Below, piece after piece: positions 1 through 9,372 of a stretch of 64,000 nt of DNA. This DNA comes from Nanobdellota archaeon. GTDB taxonomy: Archaea; Nanobdellota; Nanobdellia; Pacearchaeales; GW2011-AR1. The translations under genes and the position numbers were made by a program. The stretch covers positions 21,136 through 85,135 of the forward strand of contig JBBSXO010000005.1 in NCBI GenBank assembly GCA_038045705.1, given 5' to 3'. Every line of letters begins with the position of its first letter. The first letter of the stretch is position 1. The notes beneath the pieces were generated by a model. The model did not search any database, had not been told where the DNA came from, and saw only the letters and a list, made by a program, of their open reading frames with translations.

Positions 1-7
1 TATAATT

Positions 8-355
8 ATGAAATTTATAGCAGACGAAAATATACCTTTAGAAGTAGTTGAGATTTTAAAGCGGAAAGGAATTGATATCATCTCCCTTAGTCTAAAAGAC
101 CCAGGCATGAAAGATTATGACGTTCTTAATTTATCCATAGAAGAACAGAGAACATTAATTACATTTGATAGAGATTTTAGCAAACTTATCTTTAAATTAA
201 AGAAACCTAATTATGGAGTCATATTTCTAAGAATGCACCCTCAATCTACAGAACATATTGTTAAATTATTAGAAAAATTATTTAATATGGAGATCCCCTT
301 TGAAGAATCATTTTGTATAGTGACTTTGGATAGAGTAAGAGTTATTCCAATATAA
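8..355 (+). CDS. DUF5615/VapC45-like PIN-domain protein (putative toxin)
   Basis: N-terminal MKFIADENIP plus KDYDVL and LITFDRDF motifs; 115 aa. Confidence 0.85.
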   Translation: MKFIADENIPLEVVEILKRKGIDIISLSLKDPGMKDYDVLNLSIEEQRTLITFDRDFSKLIFKLKKPNYGVIFLRMHPQSTEHIVKLLEKLFNMEIPFEESFCIVTLDRVRVIPI

Positions 356-399
356 ATAATGCCTGTTGAATTTTGAAAGGAGTTAATTATTTTCAACTC

Positions 400-669
400 T
401 CATTGTCTTGCTAATGCAAGTGCCTTATTAAGATCTTCTTTAGTTAAGTTATTTTTCTTTGCGTGATCTCTAGTTTTTTTAATTATTTCTTGAAATTCTT
501 CTCTTGTTGGAGGTTCAAGTCTCTTTAACATAAGAGTTCCATTTTGTTCAACCACCATAAATTTTTCTCCCTTCTTTAGTCTAAGGTTCTCTCTAAATAT
601 CAAAGGTATAACTATCTGTCCGCGTTCTCCAAGTCTTGTTACTTCAAATTCCATTTTAAATTCAATCAT
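400..669 (-). CDS. AbrB/MazE/SpoVT-family DNA-binding protein
   Basis: TRLGERGQIVIP...RENLRLKKGEKF swapped-hairpin signature. Confidence 0.9.
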   Translation of the reverse strand: MIEFKMEFEVTRLGERGQIVIPLIFRENLRLKKGEKFMVVEQNGTLMLKRLEPPTREEFQEIIKKTRDHAKKNNLTKEDLNKALALARQ

Positions 670-681
670 ACTAGTATGATT
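664..681. promoter_or_regulatory. Perfect 18-bp palindrome over the AbrB start codon, putative autoregulatory operator
   Basis: AATCATACTAGTATGATT equals its own reverse complement and lies between a TTTAAA box and the ATG. Confidence 0.6.
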
Positions 682-750
682 ATCCTATTTAAACTTTTCT
701 CTTCATTCAAATAAACCAAGTTTTAATTAACCAATTATCTAATAAATTTA

Positions 751-2142
751 ATGAATTTCAGTAAGCTTTACAAAAACAAACTATTAATTGCCTTAGCTCT
801 TATTCTAATTTATGCTTTAATCCTAAGAGTTTACGCCTTAGGCTCAAGTCCATTATGGTTTGATGAGACAATCTCAAGTCTCGCAAGTCAAAAAATAGCA
901 GAAAAAGGTTTTCCTATTTTTGATTCTGGCTTTTTCTATTCAAGAGCTTTAGTCTTTCATTATTTACAGGCTTTCTTTATTTTATTATTTGGTTCAACTG
1001 ACTTTGTAGTAAGATTAGCCTCTGTTCTTTTTGGGTTAGGAACAGTAGTTCTAGCTTTTTTCATATGTAAAGAATTCAATAAACCTGCAGGAATAATTGC
1101 AGCATTACTTACCTGTTTTCTTTTCCTTGAAGTAGTTTATTCTCGCCAAGCTAGATTTTATCAGGCTTTTCAGTTCTTGTTTTTCCTAACACTTTTCTTT
1201 TTATATAAATCGAAAACTAGCAAGAAGTATGCTTGGCTTGCTTCTGTATCTTTGATAGTTTTAGTTCAAACACAAATAGCTGGTCTTGTTCTTGTGCCTT
1301 TCTTTATTTGGATATTCATCAGAGAGCATAAAGACTGGAAGTTATTCATTATTCCACTATTAGTTGGAATTTACTTTGGTTTATCTTTTCTAAGTATAGG
1401 TACAACATCCACAGGTAGTGTTTATGCAGAAGAGTACACTTCTCAGATCTTTAATGGACTACGAGCATTTGCCCTTATTTCTCTACTTGGGATGCCATTT
1501 GCCTATAAAATGAATAAAAGAATGTTCTATCTTATGTTATTGCCTTCACTAATAATGTTTGTAGGATTATTCTTTGTCAAGGTTTTTGCTTTGCGTTATG
1601 CCTACTTTGTAACTTTATCAATAATATTTTTTATTGCAGTAACTTTCTCATATCTCTATCAAAATAATAAGATCATTGGGATAGCCATACTCACTCTTGC
1701 CATAATTTATCCTTCTAATATTTTCTTTAGTGATAATTATCTGACTGTTGTTAAGCCTCAAGCAATAAACTCTTATTCTACAACAGAACCAGTAATAGAT
1801 TACAAATCTTTAAGTGAAAATACTAAAGATGTGATTAGAAACAACACTTTGGTTACTTTGTCAAGTCCAGGTGTAGAATGGTATCTTAAGAAACCAGATT
1901 ATATTATCCCATTTTCATTAAACGGTTTAGAAAGTGGATATGCTTTATACAATGGAGTTGATGTATACACAGGAGCAGAAATCTGGAATAATCAAACTAA
2001 TTTTATTTTCCTAGAAGATTTATTCGCCTATTCTAAGCTAGGCCCAACCCAAATAGAAAATCTAAATCAAATGAAAAATAATTGTAGTCTAATAGAACAA
2101 TTACGAACGCTAAGAGCTTATTCTTGTAAAAAAATACAATAA
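751..2142 (+). CDS. GT-C fold membrane glycosyltransferase (family 39/PMT-like)
   Basis: LRVYALG..LWFDE, VRLASVLFG and SRQARFY motifs; many TM segments. Confidence 0.85.
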   Translation: MNFSKLYKNKLLIALALILIYALILRVYALGSSPLWFDETISSLASQKIAEKGFPIFDSGFFYSRALVFHYLQAFFILLFGSTDFVVRLASVLFGLGTVVLAFFICKEFNKPAGIIAALLTCFLFLEVVYSRQARFYQAFQFLFFLTLFFLYKSKTSKKYAWLASVSLIVLVQTQIAGLVLVPFFIWIFIREHKDWKLFIIPLLVGIYFGLSFLSIGTTSTGSVYAEEYTSQIFNGLRAFALISLLGMPFAYKMNKRMFYLMLLPSLIMFVGLFFVKVFALRYAYFVTLSIIFFIAVTFSYLYQNNKIIGIAILTLAIIYPSNIFFSDNYLTVVKPQAINSYSTTEPVIDYKSLSENTKDVIRNNTLVTLSSPGVEWYLKKPDYIIPFSLNGLESGYALYNGVDVYTGAEIWNNQTNFIFLEDLFAYSKLGPTQIENLNQMKNNCSLIEQLRTLRAYSCKKIQ

Positions 2143-2173
2143 TCTTTATAAATCAGATTTTTTCCAGATTTAA

Positions 2174-2779
2174 ATGATAAGAGGAAGTCTAAATGTCAGA
2201 GCAGTTCAGCAAAAAGATAGTCTTCAAGGATTTATCAGAATAAATCACTTTTATAGGGGAAATCATAGAGTTAGTGGAATTTGCGGAGAATTTACAGCAT
2301 CTCAAAGATTTCAAGAGATAGATTATGGAAATGGTCTAGATAAACTATTTTTTTACGGTGATGAACGAGATTTAACAGCAAATTACAGAAACCAAGATAA
2401 AGCACGTTCGATTCAAAGAATATTTCATGTAATTTACAACCATAGAAATTCAGATGATGGTGGACAAATTGAATTTGGAGAAATTCCTGCGACAAGACTT
2501 GATTTAACTAGAGAACAAACTGATCTTATAAGAGATATTCTAAACTATACTTCTTCTTTTCTAAGAAATTCAACAAAAGTAAAGTATGTAAAGATGCCAG
2601 AAGAAGGAAGTTCTTTAAGAGCTATTAGAAGTAGTCTAAGTAGGATGTTTCCTCCAGGTGTGCTTAAATTAGTAGAAGATGCTGGTGGTTATTGGGATTT
2701 AACAGAATCAATTAGACTAAACACCGATAAGTTTCCAGATTTTCCTAAAAGTCTAATTAAAGCAAACAATATTTCATAA
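2174..2779 (+). CDS. Hypothetical protein
   Basis: 201-aa ORF preceded by a TTTATAAA box; no recognised motif. Confidence 0.6.
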   Translation: MIRGSLNVRAVQQKDSLQGFIRINHFYRGNHRVSGICGEFTASQRFQEIDYGNGLDKLFFYGDERDLTANYRNQDKARSIQRIFHVIYNHRNSDDGGQIEFGEIPATRLDLTREQTDLIRDILNYTSSFLRNSTKVKYVKMPEEGSSLRAIRSSLSRMFPPGVLKLVEDAGGYWDLTESIRLNTDKFPDFPKSLIKANNIS

Positions 2780-2789
2780 ACAATCTATT

Positions 2790-3458
2790 TTATTTCATTT
2801 CTTGGCTAATAACTGCGCCATGAGTCACTGAATTCAGTTTATCATAGAAATCTATCTGTAGTCCAGATGGAATATTCATTACAACTTGCAAATCTCCATT
2901 TCCAAGCCATTCTTCGCTTTCCTTATAATCTTTAAGCATACCATAAACTTGAGCACTATATCTAGCAGGTATTGTCAATTTAACTTTCTTAGTCTCTACT
3001 TTAATCGGAATTACTGTTGCTAGTTTAGTAATCAATTCAGGCATCTGTTGTTCTGCAGGTCTATTATCAAAATTAAAGTGCACTTCATGAATAGCTTTTC
3101 TTATGCGTTCATCAGTATAAGGTCTACCATGCTGATCTACAGCATTGCGTAAAATTAAATCAATTACTTGCTTTATCCTCTTCTCGCGTTCAGCATCCCT
3201 AAATTCTTGATCTTTTTGAATTTCTCCTTTAGTCATTATTTTTTCAGCTATTGCATAAACATCAGATGTATCAAAAGTAGCATCAAGTTCAGCCTTTGAA
3301 GCAACCATTCCTTTCTTTAAATCAGTATAAATAGCTGGAGAGTTCAAAGCAGTATTAACATTACCTTTTCCAGCTCTAACTTTAAGAGCCTCATCTAAAT
3401 CAACAGATATTTCAAACTGTTTACCTTTTACCTTAATGCGTGCTTCGACGTTTGCCAT
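2790..3458 (-). CDS. sdo1: Ribosome maturation factor SBDS/Sdo1
   Basis: ARIKVKGKQFEI, IYTDLKKG, IAEKIMTKGEIQ and FYDKLNSVTHG motifs; near psmA as in the conserved archaeal gene order. Confidence 0.92.
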   Translation of the reverse strand: MANVEARIKVKGKQFEISVDLDEALKVRAGKGNVNTALNSPAIYTDLKKGMVASKAELDATFDTSDVYAIAEKIMTKGEIQKDQEFRDAEREKRIKQVIDLILRNAVDQHGRPYTDERIRKAIHEVHFNFDNRPAEQQMPELITKLATVIPIKVETKKVKLTIPARYSAQVYGMLKDYKESEEWLGNGDLQVVMNIPSGLQIDFYDKLNSVTHGAVISQEMK

Positions 3459-3612
3459 AATCGGTAGGGTTTTATAGATTATTTAAAGATTTAGTTAAAA
3501 TGTTTTCTAAGTTGACCTATAACTAATATCAATATGATTCATCACCTAAGGCAAATATCAAAAATGGCGTGGTTTTCAGGAGACATCGAGACATAACAAA
3601 GTTTAAATATTA

Positions 3613-3651
3613 ATGTTAAATATAATTGACATATGTTAAATATAATTGACA
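3613..3651 (+). repeat. Tandem 19-bp direct repeat, quasi-palindromic, over the wHTH-MNT start
   Basis: ATGTTAAATATAATTGACA at 3613-3631 and 3633-3651. Confidence 0.85.
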
Positions 3652-4142
3652 ATCTAGAACTATTTTTTGAAGATTGTTATAGGAGGATCAATGTTCGAGA
3701 ATATGCTAGATTAATGAAAATTTCACCTCCGACCGCATCAAAGATACTTTCTGAACTCAATAGTCAAGGATTACTATCAATGGAGAAAGATAGAAACTAC
3801 ATTTTTTATTATGCTAATAGAATTGATAAAACATTCATAGATTTATCTAGGATTTATTGGAAAATTAAGCTGAATAGCTTTATTAATTATTTTGATAAAC
3901 ATTTTACAAACTATTCAATGATTCTTTTTGGATCTTTGTCTAAAGCTGAAGCAAAGAAAGATTCAGATATAGATGTATGCATAATTGGACATAGTAAAGA
4001 AGTTGATATTAGGAATTTTGAAATTAAGTTGAATAGAAAAATACAATTGTTCTTCTTTAGTTCATTAGAAAGCATAAAAAATAAAGAATTGGCAAACAAC
4101 ATAATAAATGGGTATATCTTACAAGGGAAATTGAAATTATAA
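3633..4142 (+). CDS. wHTH-fused minimal nucleotidyltransferase (MNT antitoxin)
   Basis: N-terminal HTH (VREYARLMKISPPTASKIL) and LFGS...DSDIDV MNT motif. Confidence 0.88.
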   Translation: MLNIIDNLELFFEDCYRRINVREYARLMKISPPTASKILSELNSQGLLSMEKDRNYIFYYANRIDKTFIDLSRIYWKIKLNSFINYFDKHFTNYSMILFGSLSKAEAKKDSDIDVCIIGHSKEVDIRNFEIKLNRKIQLFFFSSLESIKNKELANNIINGYILQGKLKL

Positions 4143-4549
4143 TGGATTTTAATGAGTGTCTCAAAAAGAGAATAGCTAAGAAAGTAGGCGAAGATAAAGA
4201 GCTTATTATTTCCCTTTTAAAAACAAGCCAGAATAAACTTAATTCTCAAAGGAAACTTGAACTAAATGAAGTAACTTCAAGCTCTAAGATATCCCTTTTG
4301 TATGATTCATTAAGAGAAATTTTAGAGGCTTTAGCCATTAAAAATGGATACAAAATATATAATCATGAATGTTATACTCATTTTCTAAAAGAAATCTTAA
4401 ATGAGAGCATTGATGGAGATGAATTTGATGAGTTGAGAAAGATAAGGAATGGTATAAATTATTATGCTAAAGATACTTCTACTGAAGAAGCAAAAGAAGT
4501 TTTAGAAAGAATACAGAAACTTAGAGAGAAAATCTTGAAGTTAATTTAA
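4142..4549 (+). CDS. HEPN-domain protein (putative toxin of an MNT-HEPN pair)
   Basis: Coupled to the MNT gene; helical protein with RKIRNGINY (RxxxxY variant of Rx4H). Confidence 0.75.
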   Translation: MDFNECLKKRIAKKVGEDKELIISLLKTSQNKLNSQRKLELNEVTSSSKISLLYDSLREILEALAIKNGYKIYNHECYTHFLKEILNESIDGDEFDELRKIRNGINYYAKDTSTEEAKEVLERIQKLREKILKLI

Positions 4550-4552
4550 CTA

Positions 4553-5155
4553 TTAAAATCGTTCCATATTTTCATATTCTTCTCTTATCTTGTCTGTCGT
4601 TCTTTTTATTACCATGAGGACTGCCTTATCGGCTGTATCACCTTCATAGTCAGTTTCTCTTGCTATATCATTCAATTTTCTCCCTTCAATAAATCGCATA
4701 TTTAATATTTTTCTTTTTTTAGGCGATAGTCTGGAAATAATCTGTAATATTTTTGATAATCTAACACTGTCATCTTCTTCCTGGATATATTTTGATAATC
4801 CAGAATCATCTTCTAACTCTCGCATTTGATTTGATTTTTCTTTAAAAGAATCTCCATCTTGATCTGTTTCTTGGCAGAAGCTACTTAATGTACTTTCTTT
4901 TTTTCTACGTCTATAATTTCTCTTAAAGCATCTTCCTAAATGTCTTAAAACGCAAACCCTCACATATCCTGGAAAAGAATCAATTCTTTTTAGGTCATAT
5001 CTACCTGCAACCCTCCAAAATTTTTCCAAAGCATCAGCTCTCATTTCTTCTGAATCATAGATAAATTCCAGAGGTCTTCTATTTCTTCTAAATTCATCAA
5101 TTATTCTATCCACTTCAAAGAGATTTTCTCTAAAGAGAGTCAAGTCATCTGTCAT
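4553..5155 (-). CDS. Sigma70/ECF-like protein (regions 2 and 4)
   Basis: EEMRADALEKFWRVAGRYD...SFPGYVRVCVLRHL resembles region 2; ISRLSPKKRKILNMRFIEGRKLNDIARE resembles region 4 HTH. Confidence 0.7.
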   Translation of the reverse strand: MTDDLTLFRENLFEVDRIIDEFRRNRRPLEFIYDSEEMRADALEKFWRVAGRYDLKRIDSFPGYVRVCVLRHLGRCFKRNYRRRKKESTLSSFCQETDQDGDSFKEKSNQMRELEDDSGLSKYIQEEDDSVRLSKILQIISRLSPKKRKILNMRFIEGRKLNDIARETDYEGDTADKAVLMVIKRTTDKIREEYENMERF

Positions 5156-5185
5156 TCAATTTTCAGAAATAATTAGTTTTTAAAA

Positions 5186-5911
5186 TTACTTAATATACTT
5201 ACGTAGTTCTTCACCATGTAATTTAACAAGTCTTCCTTCTTTAAGAGCAATCATCCCCACATCAAATCTTGAAATTTCAAAATTTTTACCAAGAATCTCT
5301 TTAAATATTTTCATCACAAACTTGATTCCCTCTTCCATACTCATGCTTTCACTTATGCCCTTACGTAATTCTTCCTTTACTTGTTCATCATTCTCTCCGA
5401 TAGAGTTAGCCTTGTAAGCAAAGAAGTTTCCAGTAATGTCTGATGTATACAAATGAGGCCTTCCTTTTGAAACACCAGCAATCATTATTGAAACACCATA
5501 AGGCCTAGAACCGCCATATTGAGTATATGCTTGTTTATTATCTGCAATCATTTGAATGACACTTATAGGATCAATAGGTGTTCCGTAAGAAACTCTGTGT
5601 TGTTGCGCTAATAATCTAGATCTATCAATAAGAACCCTAGCATCAGAAGCAATTCCAGCAGCAGTAGCCATTACATGGTCATCAACTTCAAAAACCTTAA
5701 CAGCAGATTCAGGAGCAATTAAATTATCTCTAATTCTCTTATCAGCAACAATTATTACACCATCTTTACATATAATTCCTACACTATTGCTTCCAAGTTT
5801 AACAGTTTTTTCAGCATATTCAACTTGAAGCAAATGTCCTTCAGGTGAGAACATTGTCGCAGCTCTGTCGTAACCCATTGCTTGATGTTGCATTTCTGTA
5901 GGCATATCCAT
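5186..5911 (-). CDS. psmA: Proteasome subunit alpha
   Basis: GYDRAATMFSPEGHLLQVEYA and YTQYGGSRPYGVS; ATG at 5911 preferred over the TTG at 5929. Confidence 0.96.
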   Translation of the reverse strand: MDMPTEMQHQAMGYDRAATMFSPEGHLLQVEYAEKTVKLGSNSVGIICKDGVIIVADKRIRDNLIAPESAVKVFEVDDHVMATAAGIASDARVLIDRSRLLAQQHRVSYGTPIDPISVIQMIADNKQAYTQYGGSRPYGVSIMIAGVSKGRPHLYTSDITGNFFAYKANSIGENDEQVKEELRKGISESMSMEEGIKFVMKIFKEILGKNFEISRFDVGMIALKEGRLVKLHGEELRKYIK

Positions 5912-6093
5912 TTTATTGTGTTTCTCCAAGGTTATATAAAATGGTTGCTAGAAAATAAACTTCCATTTTCTTTATATCCATTTTATTAGTAAAAACCTCT
6001 TAGATTTACTAATCTGCAGATATATGTCTATTTAAAATTTGCTATTTCTCTAAGGATTCTTTTCTCTTTCAAATAAAAATTATCTCCCAAAAT

Positions 6094-6363
6094 CTACTTT
6101 GAAAGTCCTTTCAAAGTCCCAGAAATTCTCAAAACAGTCAATTCATCTTTTGCAAGAGCAAATGCAGCCTTAATTTGATTAAGTGATTTTCTATTAACTG
6201 CAAGAATAACTTCATTTGAAACTTCGGAAACAAAAACGGGAGAAGCTTCAGCCCATCCTAAAACTCCTATAAATTCAAGAATCGCTTTTTCAACTGAACT
6301 CCTAAGTCCTCTAATAAGAAGATATCTTTTATTATCTCTTGCAGAAGGTTTTAGCTTAAGCAT
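6094..6363 (-). CDS. pop5: RNase P protein Pop5/Rpp14
   Basis: LKPSARDNKRYL and C-terminal ISGTLKGL; upstream of psmA. Confidence 0.85.
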   Translation of the reverse strand: MLKLKPSARDNKRYLLIRGLRSSVEKAILEFIGVLGWAEASPVFVSEVSNEVILAVNRKSLNQIKAAFALAKDELTVLRISGTLKGLSK

Positions 6364-6364
6364 T

Positions 6365-7183
6365 TTATATTATGTCCACACCAACTATCTCATTAGTTTT
6401 AACTCTTAACATATTACTTTCAAGAGCAAAACCTAAACCTTCAGCTTCCCCAACTTTAAAATTAGCCATTCCTATTACTCGTCCATCTTTGTCAACTAAA
6501 GGCCCACCAGAATTTCCAGGGTTTAAAGTAACATCAGTCTGAATATAAGATTGTAAACCATTAGGGCCTTCTCTATCTAATGCAGAAACAATTCCTTCAG
6601 TTACTGTAAATGAAAGTCCTAGGGGATTTCCAATTGCAATTGCTTTTTGACCTATAGAAACAGAATCAGAATCTGCAAGTTCAAAACTATTTATAGATCC
6701 AGAAATTCTCAAAACAGCCAAATCCGCCAAAACATCTGTTCCGACAATTTCGGCAACGTAAACTTCATCACTGTATGTTTGAACTTGTATAACTGCACTT
6801 CCCTCAATAACGTGATTGTTAGTTAAGATGTAGCTCCCATCAGAAACGGCAAATCCAGTTCCAGCAGAAATATCTGTAGTAACAGTAACTACTTTTTTTA
6901 ATGCTTCTTCAACAACAGCAGACAAGTCCTGTTGTGTAGACTTTAGTAAATCTATTTGAGTTTCAAAATCACTTCTTTGTTGAGATATTGTTCTAACAAT
7001 CTCTCCTATTCTATATTGGTTCTCTTGTCTTACACTACCCAAAAATCCTTTGATTTCTTCTTCAAAGTTATTTTGTTGAGCAATCAATTTAGCGGACTGT
7101 GAGCTAATAAATGTAAATGATACTAATTGAACAACAAGAAGCAAAATCACAGCCCCATATAAAACATTGATGTGGTGTTCCAT
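6365..7183 (-). CDS. Membrane-anchored HtrA-like trypsin serine protease without PDZ domain
   Basis: TNNHV, ADLAVL and NPGNSGGP catalytic triad; N-terminal TM and coiled coil. Confidence 0.9.
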   Translation of the reverse strand: MEHHINVLYGAVILLLVVQLVSFTFISSQSAKLIAQQNNFEEEIKGFLGSVRQENQYRIGEIVRTISQQRSDFETQIDLLKSTQQDLSAVVEEALKKVVTVTTDISAGTGFAVSDGSYILTNNHVIEGSAVIQVQTYSDEVYVAEIVGTDVLADLAVLRISGSINSFELADSDSVSIGQKAIAIGNPLGLSFTVTEGIVSALDREGPNGLQSYIQTDVTLNPGNSGGPLVDKDGRVIGMANFKVGEAEGLGFALESNMLRVKTNEIVGVDII

Positions 7184-7261
7184 AAAATAAAATTATCTCA
7201 TATGTATTTATAGCTTTTCAATGTCAACAATATTTAATAAGGTAAAAGATTAATCTACGTA

Positions 7262-7504
7262 ATGGATAATGAAGATGACTCTAAAAAAGATTTAGTAAGA
7301 GGAATAGCCGAAAATCAACTAACAGGTATAATTCCTCAAAGAACATTAGCTAAAGCAGTAGGTAATATGTCTACAGAAAGATTTGCAGATGGAATTGATG
7401 GTTTAGTTGATGAAAACGTTTTAAGCAAACCCTCATACGATTCAAGAAAAGGAATAGTTTATACTTTTTATCCTGACAAGGCGAGAACAAAAGGTTATCT
7501 ATAA
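7262..7504 (+). CDS. Small hypothetical protein, possible winged helix
   Basis: 80-aa ORF with helix-turn-helix-like pattern and C-terminal beta wing. Confidence 0.5.
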   Translation: MDNEDDSKKDLVRGIAENQLTGIIPQRTLAKAVGNMSTERFADGIDGLVDENVLSKPSYDSRKGIVYTFYPDKARTKGYL

Positions 7505-7549
7505 TAATTTTTCACAAACCATTATAAACTTACAGCCCAGTAAATAAAT

Positions 7550-8887
7550 ATGTTAAAAATTCATGCAGTTGGTGGTTTTAGTGAAGTGGGCAAAAATATG
7601 ACTGCCGTCGAGTCAAGAGATGATGTAACCTTATGTGATGCTGGTTTATTTATCCCAGCGTTAGTTGGAGTAAGCGAAAGAGAAAAAGTACCAACAGAGC
7701 AAGGAATGAGATCAATTGGAGCATTACCAAACGACCATTACTTGGATGAAAAGAAACTTAGAGATAAAGTAAGATCTATTGCAGTTTCACACGCTCACTT
7801 AGACCATGTAGGGGCAGTCCAATATTTAGCCCATAGGTACAAGGCAGGAATCTACGGAACCCCTTACACCATGGAAGTTCTAAAAAATTTATTGCCTGAA
7901 AGAGGTCTTCCTGCAGGTAATAAAATGCATACTGTAAAATCAAATGGAATAGCACAAATTAATGGAAAAAATAAATACAAAGTAGAGTTCATTAATATGA
8001 CTCATTCGACATTGCAATGTGCTTTAGTTGCAGTCCATACTCCTGATGGAGTAGTCTTATATGCAAATGACTACAAGTTAGATAATACTCCTGTAATTGG
8101 AGATAAACCAAATTACAAGAGACTAAAGGAAATATCCAAAGAAGGAGTAAAAGCGCTAGTAGTAAACTGTCTATATGCACATTCAGAGAAAAAAACACCT
8201 TCAGAGCAAGTTGCAAGAGATATGGTAAGGGATACAATGTCTAGTTTACAAGGAAATAAAGAAGGTCTAATAGTAACAACCTTTGCATCACATATAGCAA
8301 GATTAAAATCAATAGTAGACTTCGGACAAAAATTGGACAGAAAAATAGTTTTTATTGGTAGAAGTCTGGCAAAATACGTTTTAGCAGGGGAATCAATAAA
8401 TCAAGTTCCTTTCAAAAGTAAAATAATAATGGCTACTTACAAAAAACAATTAGAAAAAACTTTAAGACAAGTAGATGCAAATAGAGATAAGTATCTTGTT
8501 GTATGCACAGGTCATCAAGGAGAAAAAGGTTCAGTTCTTGATAGAATGTCAAGGAATCAATTACCTCTAAGAATACAACCAGGAGATAACATTGTTTTTT
8601 GCTCAAAAACAATTCCAGCTCCTGAAACAATTGCTTCTAGATCAGAATTAATGAGGCGTTTAGATGAGTTCAAACCAAGAATACATGATAATCTTCACGT
8701 TTCAGGTCACGGTTCAAAAGAAGACCTAATGGAATTAATTAAATTAACAAATCCTGAAAATGTAATTCCATCTCATGGAGACCATGCAAAAACGATACCT
8801 GGAATGCACGTTGCTGAAGAAATGGGTTATAAAAAAGGTTATAATGTTCACTTACTCTCAAATGGTGAGTCAATAAAAGTAGCATGA
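7550..8887 (+). CDS. rnj: Ribonuclease J (beta-CASP metallo-beta-lactamase)
   Basis: GGFSEVGKNM, SHAHLDHVGA, CTGHQGE and HVSGHG motifs. Confidence 0.93.
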   Translation: MLKIHAVGGFSEVGKNMTAVESRDDVTLCDAGLFIPALVGVSEREKVPTEQGMRSIGALPNDHYLDEKKLRDKVRSIAVSHAHLDHVGAVQYLAHRYKAGIYGTPYTMEVLKNLLPERGLPAGNKMHTVKSNGIAQINGKNKYKVEFINMTHSTLQCALVAVHTPDGVVLYANDYKLDNTPVIGDKPNYKRLKEISKEGVKALVVNCLYAHSEKKTPSEQVARDMVRDTMSSLQGNKEGLIVTTFASHIARLKSIVDFGQKLDRKIVFIGRSLAKYVLAGESINQVPFKSKIIMATYKKQLEKTLRQVDANRDKYLVVCTGHQGEKGSVLDRMSRNQLPLRIQPGDNIVFCSKTIPAPETIASRSELMRRLDEFKPRIHDNLHVSGHGSKEDLMELIKLTNPENVIPSHGDHAKTIPGMHVAEEMGYKKGYNVHLLSNGESIKVA

Positions 8888-9372
8888 GAGATGATATAGT
8901 TGGAATGTTGAAGAATGCCATAGATCACGGTGGTAACCCTCAAAGAGTTGCTCAATCTTTGATTAATTCAGGTTATCCTATGAAAGATGTAAAAGAAGCA
9001 TTTGATTACATAATGATTAGTAATCCAGCCCTTCAAACACAACAACAGCAACAAGTTAATCAACAAACCCCTCAAATGCAAATTAGTGAGCAACCTCAAA
9101 AACAACCCCAACAACCATCTGCACAATATCAAACACAACAACAATTTCCCCAGCAAAAACAGATGCCAAATCCGCCACAATACAAAGCACCCGTGACACC
9201 TATACCACCAATACAACCTCTAAGGCCACTAAAACCTCTTCCTTCCCAAAAGACAAGCCCTTCTGGAATGGGAAAAATAATAGTCTTGATATTCATACTT
9301 CTTTTATTAGTCCTCTCTTTAGTTTCAGTAATAATCTTTAAAGATGATATTTTAGAATTATTAAGCTTATGA
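8884..9372 (+). CDS. Q/P-rich tail-anchored membrane protein
   Basis: N-terminal helical domain, Q/P linker, C-terminal TM. Confidence 0.7.
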   Translation: MRDDIVGMLKNAIDHGGNPQRVAQSLINSGYPMKDVKEAFDYIMISNPALQTQQQQQVNQQTPQMQISEQPQKQPQQPSAQYQTQQQFPQQKQMPNPPQYKAPVTPIPPIQPLRPLKPLPSQKTSPSGMGKIIVLIFILLLLVLSLVSVIIFKDDILELLSL

